The notes under the pieces are model-generated. The model had not been told where the DNA came from, ran no database searches, and worked only from the letters and a program-made list of their open reading frames with translations. Both the position numbers and the translations under genes were made by a program. Below, piece by piece: positions 22,972 through 32,000 of a stretch of 32,000 bases of DNA. Origin of the DNA: Zygophlyctis sp. KS116 (Eukaryota; Fungi; Chytridiomycota); the NCBI GenBank assembly GCA_054661495.1, contig BAAFSQ010000071.1:11370-43369 (forward strand), read 5' to 3'. Numbering within the stretch: position 1 is the stretch's first letter; every line of letters begins with the position of its first letter.

Positions 22972-25346
22972 CTAATGATTATTTGTATCATTAAATGCTT
23001 GTGCCATTTCAATTATTGAATCTGGTATACCAGCAGACCTTGCAACAAGTAGTCCCCAACTAGATCCTGATCGTCCTTGAACAGCACGATACAAGTAGCA
23101 ATGCGAATCAGATGTTGAGAGAAACTCCATCATCCATTCCGAAACTAAAAGATCGGGAAGATTCAGATTTAATGAGTAAATTTCTAGATTTAAAGTGAAA
23201 AAAATACCGTGAAAATGTGTTGCTGCAATCACCTTTGGGCAGTTTGTTCCTCTTCCTACAAATGCTTCAATTATGGCACAAAATAATCCAATACCGTCAA
23301 AAGATGTAGTACCTTTGCCAAATTCATCAATTAGGATTAGAGATTTACTGGTTGAATTTTTAAGGGCTTTTTGGGTCTGATACTGATGGTTAACTTTTTT
23401 CTTCTTACCAAATCAAGCATGAATGAACTGGCTGAATCGGTCACTGATTCTCTGGTAGTAATTCTTGTCAAGATCTTGTCAGTGATTCCAATTACGCTTT
23501 CCTTTGCTGGAACAAAGGATCCAATATGTGCCATATAGACAATTAGAGCTATTTGTTTCAGATATACAGATTTTCCTGATGAATTCGGACCAGTTAAAAT
23601 AATAAGTCTTGGTCCTTCTTTATTCAAATGGATATCATTTGGAATAAACGTATCAGTTATTTGCTCCAAAAGTGGATGTCTGCCTTGCGTAATATTCAAA
23701 ATATTTTCATTAGTCATAGTGGGTCTGGTGTATCTATACTTTCTTGCGGCATTAGTCAATGAGACCAGGCAATCCAATTCTGCAAAGGCATTCGTCATTT
23801 CTGTTAATGCGTTTTTGTACTCTAATATTGTTTCACACAGACGATGCATAATTTCAATCTCTCTGTCTGAAATATTAGAATGAAGATCACCGAGATTTTC
23901 ATCCAGTTCGTACATTCTTTCATTCTTGTAGTAAGCATTTGAGTCTGTAGCAAACTAATTGTTAATGAAATTATTGAAATACCTGGAATAAAAGCAGCTC
24001 TATATTATAGTCATCAGTTTCAATCATGTAATCATTTAATGGAAGGCTTATCAGATACCCCAGCTGTGGGAAGTAGACGACATTTAGAGTTTTTCTCCAC
24101 TCGATAGGAACTTTTTGGATTTCATCTCTGGCGACTTGTGAAAGCAAATCATCTAAACCAGCATATGCTCTCTTCATCTCGTCAAGCTCTTCATCTACAT
24201 TCGCTTTAACTACAAATCGATCTTCAGATTCAGATTCATCGAAATCAACATACGTATTGATCATTGTTCCTACATCCCTCAAATCGTTAGGCGACAATTG
24301 TTCCAAAATACGTTTCAAGTAGTCAGATTGTAACTCGGATTCCAAGAGATGTGAACGCATTTTTAGACCATAATAAGAAAATTCCATCAAGACTTTCCAA
24401 TCGTTCGGTCTTGGTTTCTTTTTCATCATATCTAAAACTCTTGGAATATGTTTAATGTGTCTAAGCCCCAAAGATAATTGATCGCACAAATATTTTTGGT
24501 CTGGCAGTATCAGAAAGGAAATCGCATCATGTCTGATATTAATTACATCGATATCAATGCATGGATACATAAACCAAGATCTTAGCAGATTTTTCCCTAA
24601 TGGAGATTTGGTTGAATTTAAGAGTTTGAATAAAGAAAGGCCTTCCCTAACTTGAGAATTGTGCATGTTTGGACTATTCTTGAAAATATAATTAATTACT
24701 GCGCTTGATCTAGAAATATTTGCAATGACATTATCGTATCCTTATTTACATGCATAAAAGAATTTGAATTAAACTGTTCAATACCAGATACAATAATTGT
24801 GTCCGAAATTCTGCTATAGTTTCTTTCTAAAAATTGTAAAATTGCTCCAGCACACCCAACCATTTGACGATGATTTAGATTAACAATACTAGATAAATAA
24901 TGCATAAAATCAGACCCACGCATCCATTTTACCTGATCATCATTAATCTGCAAATGCATTAATCTCTTTTTACCATTATCATAAGAAAATTCAGCTGACG
25001 GCCTTGTTTCAATCTTAATTTGTTCTTTGAGCATTAAATTATAGACATACCTGCATTAATATTCCTGGTTAGATCCAATTCTGACCGTGCAGATACCAAT
25101 AATACAATTGGCTTAACCTGAAATACAACTACCAAATTACAATTAAACTTTACTTAAATCCAAAATCCCCAAACTTGTATTTTCGACTGTATCTTCCATT
25201 AAAAATAGAATATCTTGTGCTGGATCATAATACGCTGCGCCCAAAAGACTCTTTGACAATGAGACTGCAAGCACAATCGGTGGACTAGAAAACTCAAGAG
25301 ACTAAAAAGAATTTATTAAAAGAAAATATACTGATTCTTCTTCCAT
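22972..25346 (-). CDS. MSH5: MutS homolog 5 (meiotic crossover protein)
   Basis: SLQIF...REGLSLF; LNVVYFPQLGYLI; Walker A TGPNSSGKSVYLKQIALIVYMAHIGSFVPA; TRESV...SSFMLDL; LIDEFGKGT..DG; CPKVIAATHFH. These are MSH5-type motifs. Multi-exon, with first exon ATGGAAGAAGAATCA at 25332-25346. Confidence 0.92.
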
Positions 25347-25460
25347 TGATCTTACCTGTTTTTAATTTTAGGTTTTAGTCCGAATTACACAAGTATTTTA
25401 AGATCATTATCAGACGGATCATCCAACATATCCTTTAAATCATCTTTGCTAGGAATTTGA
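25325..25460. repeat. Left copy (136 nt) of a direct duplication flanking the nuclease cassette
   Basis: Nearly identical to 26561-26702. It differs by a 1-nt indel, one substitution and a 5-nt deletion. Confidence 0.95.
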
Positions 25461-26560
25461 GTTAGTTTATCATATCTACTTCGGCTTTTCTGAGTCCACC
25501 CATCTGCATTCCTAGAATACGATTTTCATGAAACCTCAGGGAGAGTCTTACGGTGCATTTGCTGCTAGATCTTACAATTCTCATATAATTAGCGATATGT
25601 CTACTAAATCACTTTCTGATCTACCCGCGCCATGCGTCTTCGCCCCCCATCTAATGGACGGAATACTCAAAATTCTCAACGATCTCACTGAAGAAGAAAC
25701 GAGCCAGCTCTCAGACAAGCAAAAGAAAGCAGTGAAAGCTCTCATTAGCTCCAAACCTTGCGTTCCATTCCACAAGGCTACTCTCAACGACTGTGTAAGA
25801 CCCGATGGTCTGGCTTTGAACATTGACTGCATAAGAGTAAAAGCTCCAACTCTTCATATTCCTGTGGATTTTGCTGCTCCTATTGCGAGTGCACACTTGT
25901 GTGAAACTTTGGCAAATATTGATAAAGTTTGGGTACTGGACAATGAAAAGTCTTGTAGAATTGTCATTGATGTAATTCTTACTGAAGTTCTATTGGATGA
26001 AACTAACCATGAGCTTATGGGATTTTGTGAAGTAAAGAATGATTGGGAAGGAACTGGATTCGGCTATACTGGTGATGTGGACTATATGTTTGGGTCCTCT
26101 AAAACCAAATCTGTTGATACCATGGACTCTTTTCTTTTGATTGTGCAAGCAAAATGTGAATGGCCAGCCAAGTCAGTCGCCCAAACTCTTGTCGAAGCTG
26201 GTTGCTTGCTTAAGAAACGTCTGGCTGCTGGAAAAAACACCCCTGTGTTTGCCATTTTAACCAATGGGACAGACTTTCGCTTCTTTGCCATTGACACTGA
26301 TGGTGTTGTGTATGCTTCTGATAAAGAAGTCCTTAAACTTGGAGAAGACGGAACTTACAAGTCAAGCTCTTCTTTGTCTGAAATTCTTCGTTGGTTCACT
26401 TGGTTTATGACTGCTATCATATCTGTCTCTCCCAGTAACGTAGATCTGACTAATGATTCCCTTACTAAACTCAGAAGCTGCTTTGGTCCAAATAATACAA
26501 CTTCAAGCAAAAAATTAAAGATTCAAAAGTAGTATTTCATATCAACATATTACTTACTTG
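25461..26560 (+). mobile_element. 1100-nt insertion carrying a restriction-endonuclease-fold ORF, flanked by a long direct duplication of host sequence
   Basis: Bounded exactly by the two repeat copies, intronless, and visibly more C/G-rich than the flanks. No terminal inverted repeats or poly(A) tail were seen. Confidence 0.6.
25528..26532 (+). CDS. PD-(D/E)xK restriction-endonuclease-fold protein, Crinkler (CR-REase)/HsdR_N-like
   Basis: NEKSCRIVIDVIL (first helix), GDVDY, LLIVQAK (E replaced by Q), AQTLVEA, PVFAILTNGTDFRFF, and a C-terminal basic NLS-like SKKLKIQK. Confidence 0.7.
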   Translation: MKPQGESYGAFAARSYNSHIISDMSTKSLSDLPAPCVFAPHLMDGILKILNDLTEEETSQLSDKQKKAVKALISSKPCVPFHKATLNDCVRPDGLALNIDCIRVKAPTLHIPVDFAAPIASAHLCETLANIDKVWVLDNEKSCRIVIDVILTEVLLDETNHELMGFCEVKNDWEGTGFGYTGDVDYMFGSSKTKSVDTMDSFLLIVQAKCEWPAKSVAQTLVEAGCLLKKRLAAGKNTPVFAILTNGTDFRFFAIDTDGVVYASDKEVLKLGEDGTYKSSSSLSEILRWFTWFMTAIISVSPSNVDLTNDSLTKLRSCFGPNNTTSSKKLKIQK

Positions 26561-26702
26561 AATATACTGATTCTTCTTCCATTGATCTTTACCTGTTTTT
26601 AATTTTAGGCTTTAGTCCGAATTACACAAGTATTTTAAGACTCTTTCATTATCAGACGGATCATCCAACATATCCTTTAAATCATCTTTGCTAGGAATTT
26701 GA
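26561..26702. repeat. Right copy (142 nt) of the direct duplication
   Basis: Contains the intact 3' end of the cupin gene plus an orphan copy of the MSH5 start exon. Confidence 0.95.
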
Positions 26703-27118
26703 TAATCTTGAACATCAAATCCAGGCGACACTGTACATCCCAATAATGCATAATCTCCCTGATCACTAGAATCAATAAACGCACCAAACCAAATCCCACC
26801 AGGCACCACTGCCTGAATTACTTGATTGTCCTTGATATCATGTCCTAATTTAGTTATTTTAAGTTTATTATTCTCTATAGTAACCAGGCTTACTGGTGCA
26901 TTTCCAGAATAGTAGTGCCACATTTCATCTGATTTGATACGATGCAATCTAGATTTTTGACCAAACGATAATAGATAAAGGATAGACGTAGAGTAATTCT
27001 TTTTATCTGAACCAATAGTAAATGATCCTGTATTGCGATAAGTCTCTCTATAGTATCCTCCCTCAAAGTGTGGGGACAGATTATAGTATTTGATCAATTG
27101 GCTGACGGTTGGATTCAT
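26612..27118 (-). CDS. DUF985/cupin_5 family protein
   Basis: LSPHFEGGYYRET, STSILYLL, SRLHRIKSDEMWHYYSG, QAVVPGGIWFGA, ALLGCTVSPGFD. ATG 27118 is preferred over 27184, which would overlap APC11. Confidence 0.9.
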   Translation of the reverse strand: MNPTVSQLIKYYNLSPHFEGGYYRETYRNTGSFTIGSDKKNYSTSILYLLSFGQKSRLHRIKSDEMWHYYSGNAPVSLVTIENNKLKITKLGHDIKDNQVIQAVVPGGIWFGAFIDSSDQGDYALLGCTVSPGFDVQDYQIPSKDDLKDMLDDPSDNERVLKYLCNSD

Positions 27119-27145
27119 TGCGTAGGGCGGTGGGTAGAATTCATC

Positions 27146-27464
27146 ATGAAAATCTCGGTTAAAAGTATGTTGCTGTTTATTCATTTTTAGAATGGGAGGC
27201 GGTTGGATTTTGGAAATGGAATATCGCTAATAATGAATCTGTTTGTGGAATTTGTAGAAATGCGTTTGAAGCAACTTGTCCAGGATGTAAAACGCCAGGG
27301 GATGAATGTCCATTAAGTATTTTTTACTATTAAATTGTACAGTGTGGGGTGAATGTAGTCATGTTTTTCATCTACATTGTATACTAAAATGGATTTCTTC
27401 TAGTTCATCAAAAGGAACATGTCCGATGGATAGACTAGAATGGAAAACTGCAACATCAATTTGA
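27146..27464 (+). CDS. APC11: Anaphase-promoting complex RING-H2 subunit 11 (not in the ORF track)
   Basis: Three exons separated by two mini-introns give MKISVKKWEAVGFWKWNIANNESVCGICRNAFEATCPGCKTPGDECPLMWGECSHVFHLHCILKWISSSSSKGTCPMDRLEWKTATSI*. Confidence 0.93.
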
Positions 27465-27488
27465 AAGTATGAATTCTGGTTTCTTTAT

Positions 27489-28630
27489 TCACATGATAAT
27501 CTTTGGCTCTGGAACACTAGTGCTTACACTTTTATGAGGTAGGATACATGCTCCGTTCAAGTAAATCTAGTTTTCTTTAAAAAAAATTAAAAAAATTACT
27601 TCATCAGACACTTGTACATCTTCTCCCAAAACACTTACACCTTCTACTCTAGCCCATTTCCCAATACATGATTTCCATCCAACAATTGTAGAATTTAACC
27701 ATGCATGATCACGAACTTCAGACTCTAATTTTAAATTTTGTTGAAATTACTCTCTAAAATAACAGTCTTTGACATTCGAACTCCATCTCCAATGACTACA
27801 TTAGGACCAATGACTACATTAGGACCAATTTTACAATTTTTTCCAATAACTGCAGTTGGGTCTACTAAAACATGTCCTATAAATTCAGGTCCAAAAGATA
27901 AAGCCTGAGGATCAGATTTACTCGTAGAAGTCAAGTATAATCCTATTCCTGTAAGAAAATCTTTAGGTTGTCCAACATCCATCCAAAATCCTGGTAATTC
28001 CATTGAATGTAATTTCTTTTCTGCAGCTAATTTTGGGAAAATTACTTTTTCCATTGATGTAGGAACTGGTTCTATTAAATCCAAGACTTTAGCACTAAAA
28101 ATGTACATTCCTGCATTAATCTTATTAGAGACAAAAGTTTTTGGTTTTTCAACAAATTTATCAATGATTGAACTCTCTGGAAAATTCACAACTACACCAT
28201 ACTTTGAAGGTTCTTCGACGCGAGTAACAAGAATAGTCCCCATCCCACCAGATTTCTTATGAAAATCTGCCAATTCAGCAAAAGGAAATTCACAAATTAC
28301 ATCTGAATTCAGTACAAAGAATGGCTCATCATCTTTTCCTAAAATCTCTTTGGCAAGGGCCAAAGGACCAGCAGTGTCCAGAGGCTCATTTTCGACTGAA
28401 AAATGAATCTTGACGTTAAATTCTTCTTCATATTTTTTCATGAAATCTACCATTGCTTCAGGTCTGTAATTTACAGCAAGTACAATATCAGTAACTCCAA
28501 CTTTTACCAATGCTTTAATTTGATGAAGTATCATTGGACGATTAGCAAATTCAACCAATGGTTTTGGGACAGTCAGAGTCAATGGCCGAAGTCTAGTACC
28601 AAAACCACCAACAAGAATCAATGCTTTCAT
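27489..28630 (-). CDS. PSA1: Mannose-1-phosphate guanylyltransferase (GDP-mannose pyrophosphorylase)
   Basis: [30 protein letters not shown]; EPSKYGVV; FVEKP; [12 protein letters not shown]; hexapeptide LbH; spliced C-terminal exons ending ...[17 protein letters not shown]. Confidence 0.96.
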
Positions 28631-28679
28631 TCTAAAAAAATTTAAAACACGCTCAAAGACCCCGCAAACTACGCCTACT

Positions 28680-29406
28680 TTAAATACTCTTTAGACTTAA
28701 CACAGATCGTACATCATGTGTAAATCTTAATGCATCTAGAAATAATATCAACTCTAATAAACATTCATCATTCTGATCATCTGTCCAGGATTCAATCAAA
28801 ATTCCATTATGAGGTTGAAGTAAAAATGCTGATGGAGAATTATCTACTAATACTACTGATGATAGATCAGGTTCAATCATTGATATATTCTTTAGAAATG
28901 CATGTCCAGTTGATAAACAAGACTAAAAATTATTCAGTTTAGAAAAATTACATCTCTAAAAAACCTTTTAGATATGACTGTACAAGAATCTAACCAATCA
29001 ATTACAGGATCAGCATATTCAGGAACAGAAGCAGTAAATATTACAATTTTATACCATTCAGAAACCTATAATTATTTAAATAAAAACATACTTTTTTTAA
29101 AAAGAAATCAACATGAGGCCTCTTATATACATAATATAAACAGACATGTTTTTCAATTAAAACTTCAATTAAATGACAGTTTTTATCATGGTATCTAGAT
29201 CCTTTTGATGTAGAATGCACAAGAGTTTCATCTAAATCTAAAATTAATAATTTCTTCTTTTTAGGCGCTGATAAGAGCTGTTTTAGAGCTATTGTTGCTT
29301 TTGATTCCTTGTTTTTTAATCTTCGTCTTTTAAGTTTTTGGGATCTTGACTGTATTGTTCTTTGAGGTTTCCATAATCCACTCAAGAGTTGATAAATGAA
29401 ATCCAT
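28680..29406 (-). CDS. NIF/FCP1-family HAD phosphatase, NEM1/Dullard-like
   Basis: [15 protein letters not shown]; [15 protein letters not shown]; [18 protein letters not shown]; VVLVDNSP...[33 protein letters not shown]. Confidence 0.88.
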
Positions 29407-29426
29407 TGCACAAGATTGAAATTCCA

Positions 29427-29460
29427 CACGCCACGCCACGAACGCCAACGCCAACGCCGC
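29427..29460. promoter_or_regulatory. Tandem ACGCC(A) array in a 68-nt divergent promoter
   Basis: cacgccacgccacgaacgccaacgccaacgccgc lies between divergent ATGs at 29406 and 29475. Confidence 0.6.
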
Positions 29461-29474
29461 AAAATTGACGCAAA

Positions 29475-31621
29475 ATGACGATTAAACTGACGATATCTTT
29501 TGAATTTGATGATGATGCGTTTAAAAAATTAGATTCTGATCTTCTCCGCTGTATTATATTTACAAATTTACCTAAATTGTCCTTGTCAAATAATGATAAT
29601 ACTCAAGATTGGGGAGAAATCGGACACACGGAATGGAAAAAAATTAGAAAAATAGTAATTCATTCTATTAAGTATAGATTGATTTTGAGAAAATTATGCT
29701 TTTGAATCATGATGAATTAAAAATTCAAATTGAATCAATGACTTTGGATCTGAAAAGGACGCGAACCAGCCTAGGAATAAAGTCTCTTAAATTATTGGAT
29801 CAAGAAACGTTTCTTTTTATAAGGGATGTGGATGGGTATGTAGTTGGGAAACTATTTTTGCAAACGTCAAGTTTTAATGATATAATTCAGAATTGTTTTA
29901 GATTCAAGTCTAATTCAGGTTGGATTATTGTCAATGTTAAAGAGTCAAAAATGATTGATTCATTAAAGACTCAAAAGATGCTTTTATCAAGTTTGATCTC
30001 TTATAGCAATCATATTATAACAAATTGGAAAGATTATCCATCATTAAACGGTTGCTTAAATTTGATTCGTGATTCATTACTATGTGGATTTAGAATTCGA
30101 ATGGATAAGTGTCAGCATTGGTTGGAAAATATTGATCAGTTTCAAATAATGGAATCAGGTTCTGAAAATATGGTTTATGAGACTCTAATTGATATTGATG
30201 GGGTGGATTCTTGCCAAATTTCAACGATTTTTTGGAATTTTTCTTGGATAAAGGAACAATCTAGGATTTGGTATCATTCAGATGCAGCAAATTTAGCACA
30301 AATATTTATAAAACAATCAGTGTCTCATTTGTCAGATATTCTAAAGAGAAAAGTTTTTGCAATACAAAACGAAATCAAAAAGATTGAATTAGCAGCAAGT
30401 CTGGGTTCTGAAAATTTTGATATTGTTTACAAGGCTAAAACAAATTTATACGAAATTTGTATAGAAATCAATGAACTTGTATCAGTGATACTCTTAGAAA
30501 TTTCAAAGAACCAAGACATACCAGCTTCATGGACAGAAGATATATCACTATTAATGACAACTATTCATGTTCAAATTCTTCCCAATTTATGCCAATCTTC
30601 AAAAGTCTCTCAAATTCCTTTTGGAAAAATTCTAAATCAAGTTACAAACTTTATTCATGAATTGATTCTTAGAGTAGAACGTATTTTGAAAATTCAACTC
30701 ACATATCTAACTGAATCTCCTTTTGATGGTAGGCTAACTAAACGTGCATGGTGGAGTGGCTTATTATATGAAAAAGAGTTTATGACTTTGCTGCAAATTA
30801 TTTCCCTTATGATGCAGCGAATGATACAAAATTTCTTGATACATGAAGCTGATTTCACAGGTATCTTTAATCTAATTTTCAAGACTGGATTTTTATTTGT
30901 GTTGTACAGTGATATACAGCCAGATAACAATAGCATTGGAATGTTTGAAGATCTATTTTATCGATTACAAGAGATCAGAATGAGGATCAGGTTAAGATTT
31001 CATTCTCAGTCTGAATTAGATGATGTTAAATTTAAAATCAACCCACTATACATAATCATGTCGTTCCCACTACCTGATAGAGCATATTCATGGCTAACAA
31101 GTATGAATTTACAACGGTCAAATTTGGATATCACACCACTGCTTTTTATTCCCAAAGATGAATCTATAAAGCATTTATTCTCAGATGATGATGATCAAAA
31201 GAAGGCGGATTTAAGTTCTCGTATTTTTGCTATCAATGATGCTACATTTACGAATTTAGATTCATACGTACAAAAAATTACAAGAATTGAACACTCCAGC
31301 AATTATAAATCAAGACGATCTTTAGGCAATAACATCCATATATCACTGAAACTACTAAAGTCTGAAATCTATGGAACATCAATTCATTACTATGCTCCAG
31401 CAAATTCTAAAGATCTTCAATTAACATTATTAGCAAATCGTTGCATTAGGGAGATTGGAATATCCCTAGCAAATAATTACTCTGAATCAAGTGAATTTTC
31501 TCTGCTGATTGGTGTTTGGATGCAGGACGGCTCAACGAAGTCCACCTTTCATCATGGAGCGATTGCGCAGATAGAGGAATCATTTGGAATATTTATAGAT
31601 AGAAACTTGTCCAAAGATTAA
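29475..31621 (+). CDS. Large protein resembling a degenerate inositol polyphosphate 4-phosphatase (INPP4), lacking the CX5R motif
   Basis: Exon 29475-29654 splices via a 23-nt intron (29655-29677) in frame to the 641-aa ORF. N-terminal C2-like WGEIGHTE; C-terminal blocks GFLFVLYSDI...IGMFEDL, ITPLLF, AINDATFTNLDSY and KDLQLTLLANRCIR follow the order of INPP4 blocks as recalled. Confidence 0.45.
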
Positions 31622-31626
31622 TTTAT

Positions 31627-32000
31627 TCATATACCGGCTTCTTTAAATGACCAATCACTTCTAAACTTTTCCTTCAAGATTGTTTCAGTCCAATCCCACA
31701 TTTTTTTAGCTTTAGTCATGTCACAACCATTTTTATTAGGTGATGCTAGAGCACAGTAAGGAACAAAATATTTGCCCTTGATCTTATCCTTTTCAATTTG
31801 TGATGCTGCTGCAACATATATCTGAGTCAATGCTCCATATTTGGAATCTACGCTCAACTTTCCAATCATCCAACTTGTAAACCCTCTCTCAGCCATATTT
31901 CGAGTCAATTCTGTTTTGACGATAGTAGTATAGATAGAGCACCGAATGATACCATTTTTCATACGGAACTTTTTTAGCTTCTCATCAATAGACAAATGGT
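31627..32000 (-). CDS. C-terminal part of a short-chain dehydrogenase/reductase (retinol dehydrogenase/WWOX-like), 5'-partial
   Basis: VKTELTRN...GALTQIYVAA...KGKYFVPY...AKKMWDWTE is the typical C-terminus of this SDR subfamily. Confidence 0.75.
   Translation of the reverse strand, partial: HLSIDEKLKKFRMKNGIIRCSIYTTIVKTELTRNMAERGFTSWMIGKLSVDSKYGALTQIYVAAASQIEKDKIKGKYFVPYCALASPNKNGCDMTKAKKMWDWTETILKEKFRSDWSFKEAGI

Noticed and set aside
25461-26560. Classical DNA transposon, LTR element or LINE
   Set aside because: No terminal inverted repeats, transposase, RT or poly(A). The flanking repeats are host gene sequence, not LTRs.
27119-27184. N-terminal extension of the cupin ORF (MNKQQH...)
   Set aside because: It overlaps APC11 exon 1/intron 1 and the GC-rich promoter; homology begins after the ATG at 27118.
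27789-27827. Perfect 18-nt tandem repeat (CCAATGACTACATTAGGA x2)
   Set aside because: It encodes the ordinary IGPNVV hexapeptide repeats of the PSA1 left-handed beta-helix.
2947-30936. Many short antisense ORFs (e.g. 3969-4160, 10118-10318, 14550-14840, 16112-16336, 18528-18782, 25581-25832, 28403-28645, 30694-30936)
   Set aside because: They are shadows of well-supported genes on the opposite strand and have no recognisable motifs.
31627-32000. SDR as a retinal-supply enzyme clustered with the rhodopsins
   Set aside because: It lies about 14 kb away, belongs to a large generic family and is only partly visible; nothing here indicates its substrate.

Overview
Eukaryotic, AT-rich and extremely compact DNA, most consistent with a zoosporic (chytrid-type) fungus. 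About 22 protein-coding genes are packed almost end to end and split by unusually small GT-AG introns (mostly 23-30 nt), which is why the ORF track is fragmented. Recognisable genes are SURF4/Erv29, HAUS6, SPIN90/Ldb17, CYRI/FAM49, an ankyrin protein, a DnaJ protein, CRT10-like WD40, a TALPID3-like coiled-coil protein, two tandem rhodopsin-guanylyl cyclases, two divergent F-box genes, a BYE1/DIDO-like PHD-TFIIS-SPOC gene, MSH5, a DUF985 cupin, APC11 (absent from the ORF track), PSA1, a NEM1-like phosphatase, an INPP4-like gene and a partial SDR. The most unusual items are: (1) a 1.1-kb intronless restriction-endonuclease-fold (Crinkler-type REase) cassette sitting between two copies of a 136/142-nt host duplication; (2) a tandem pair of rhodopsin cyclases with different retinal-pocket residues; (3) an F-box protein spliced to a clathrin-heavy-chain-linker-like domain; (4) one 175-nt structured intron among mini-introns; (5) an INPP4-like protein lacking the catalytic CX5R motif. 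All gene models and family calls were made by eye, without database searches.
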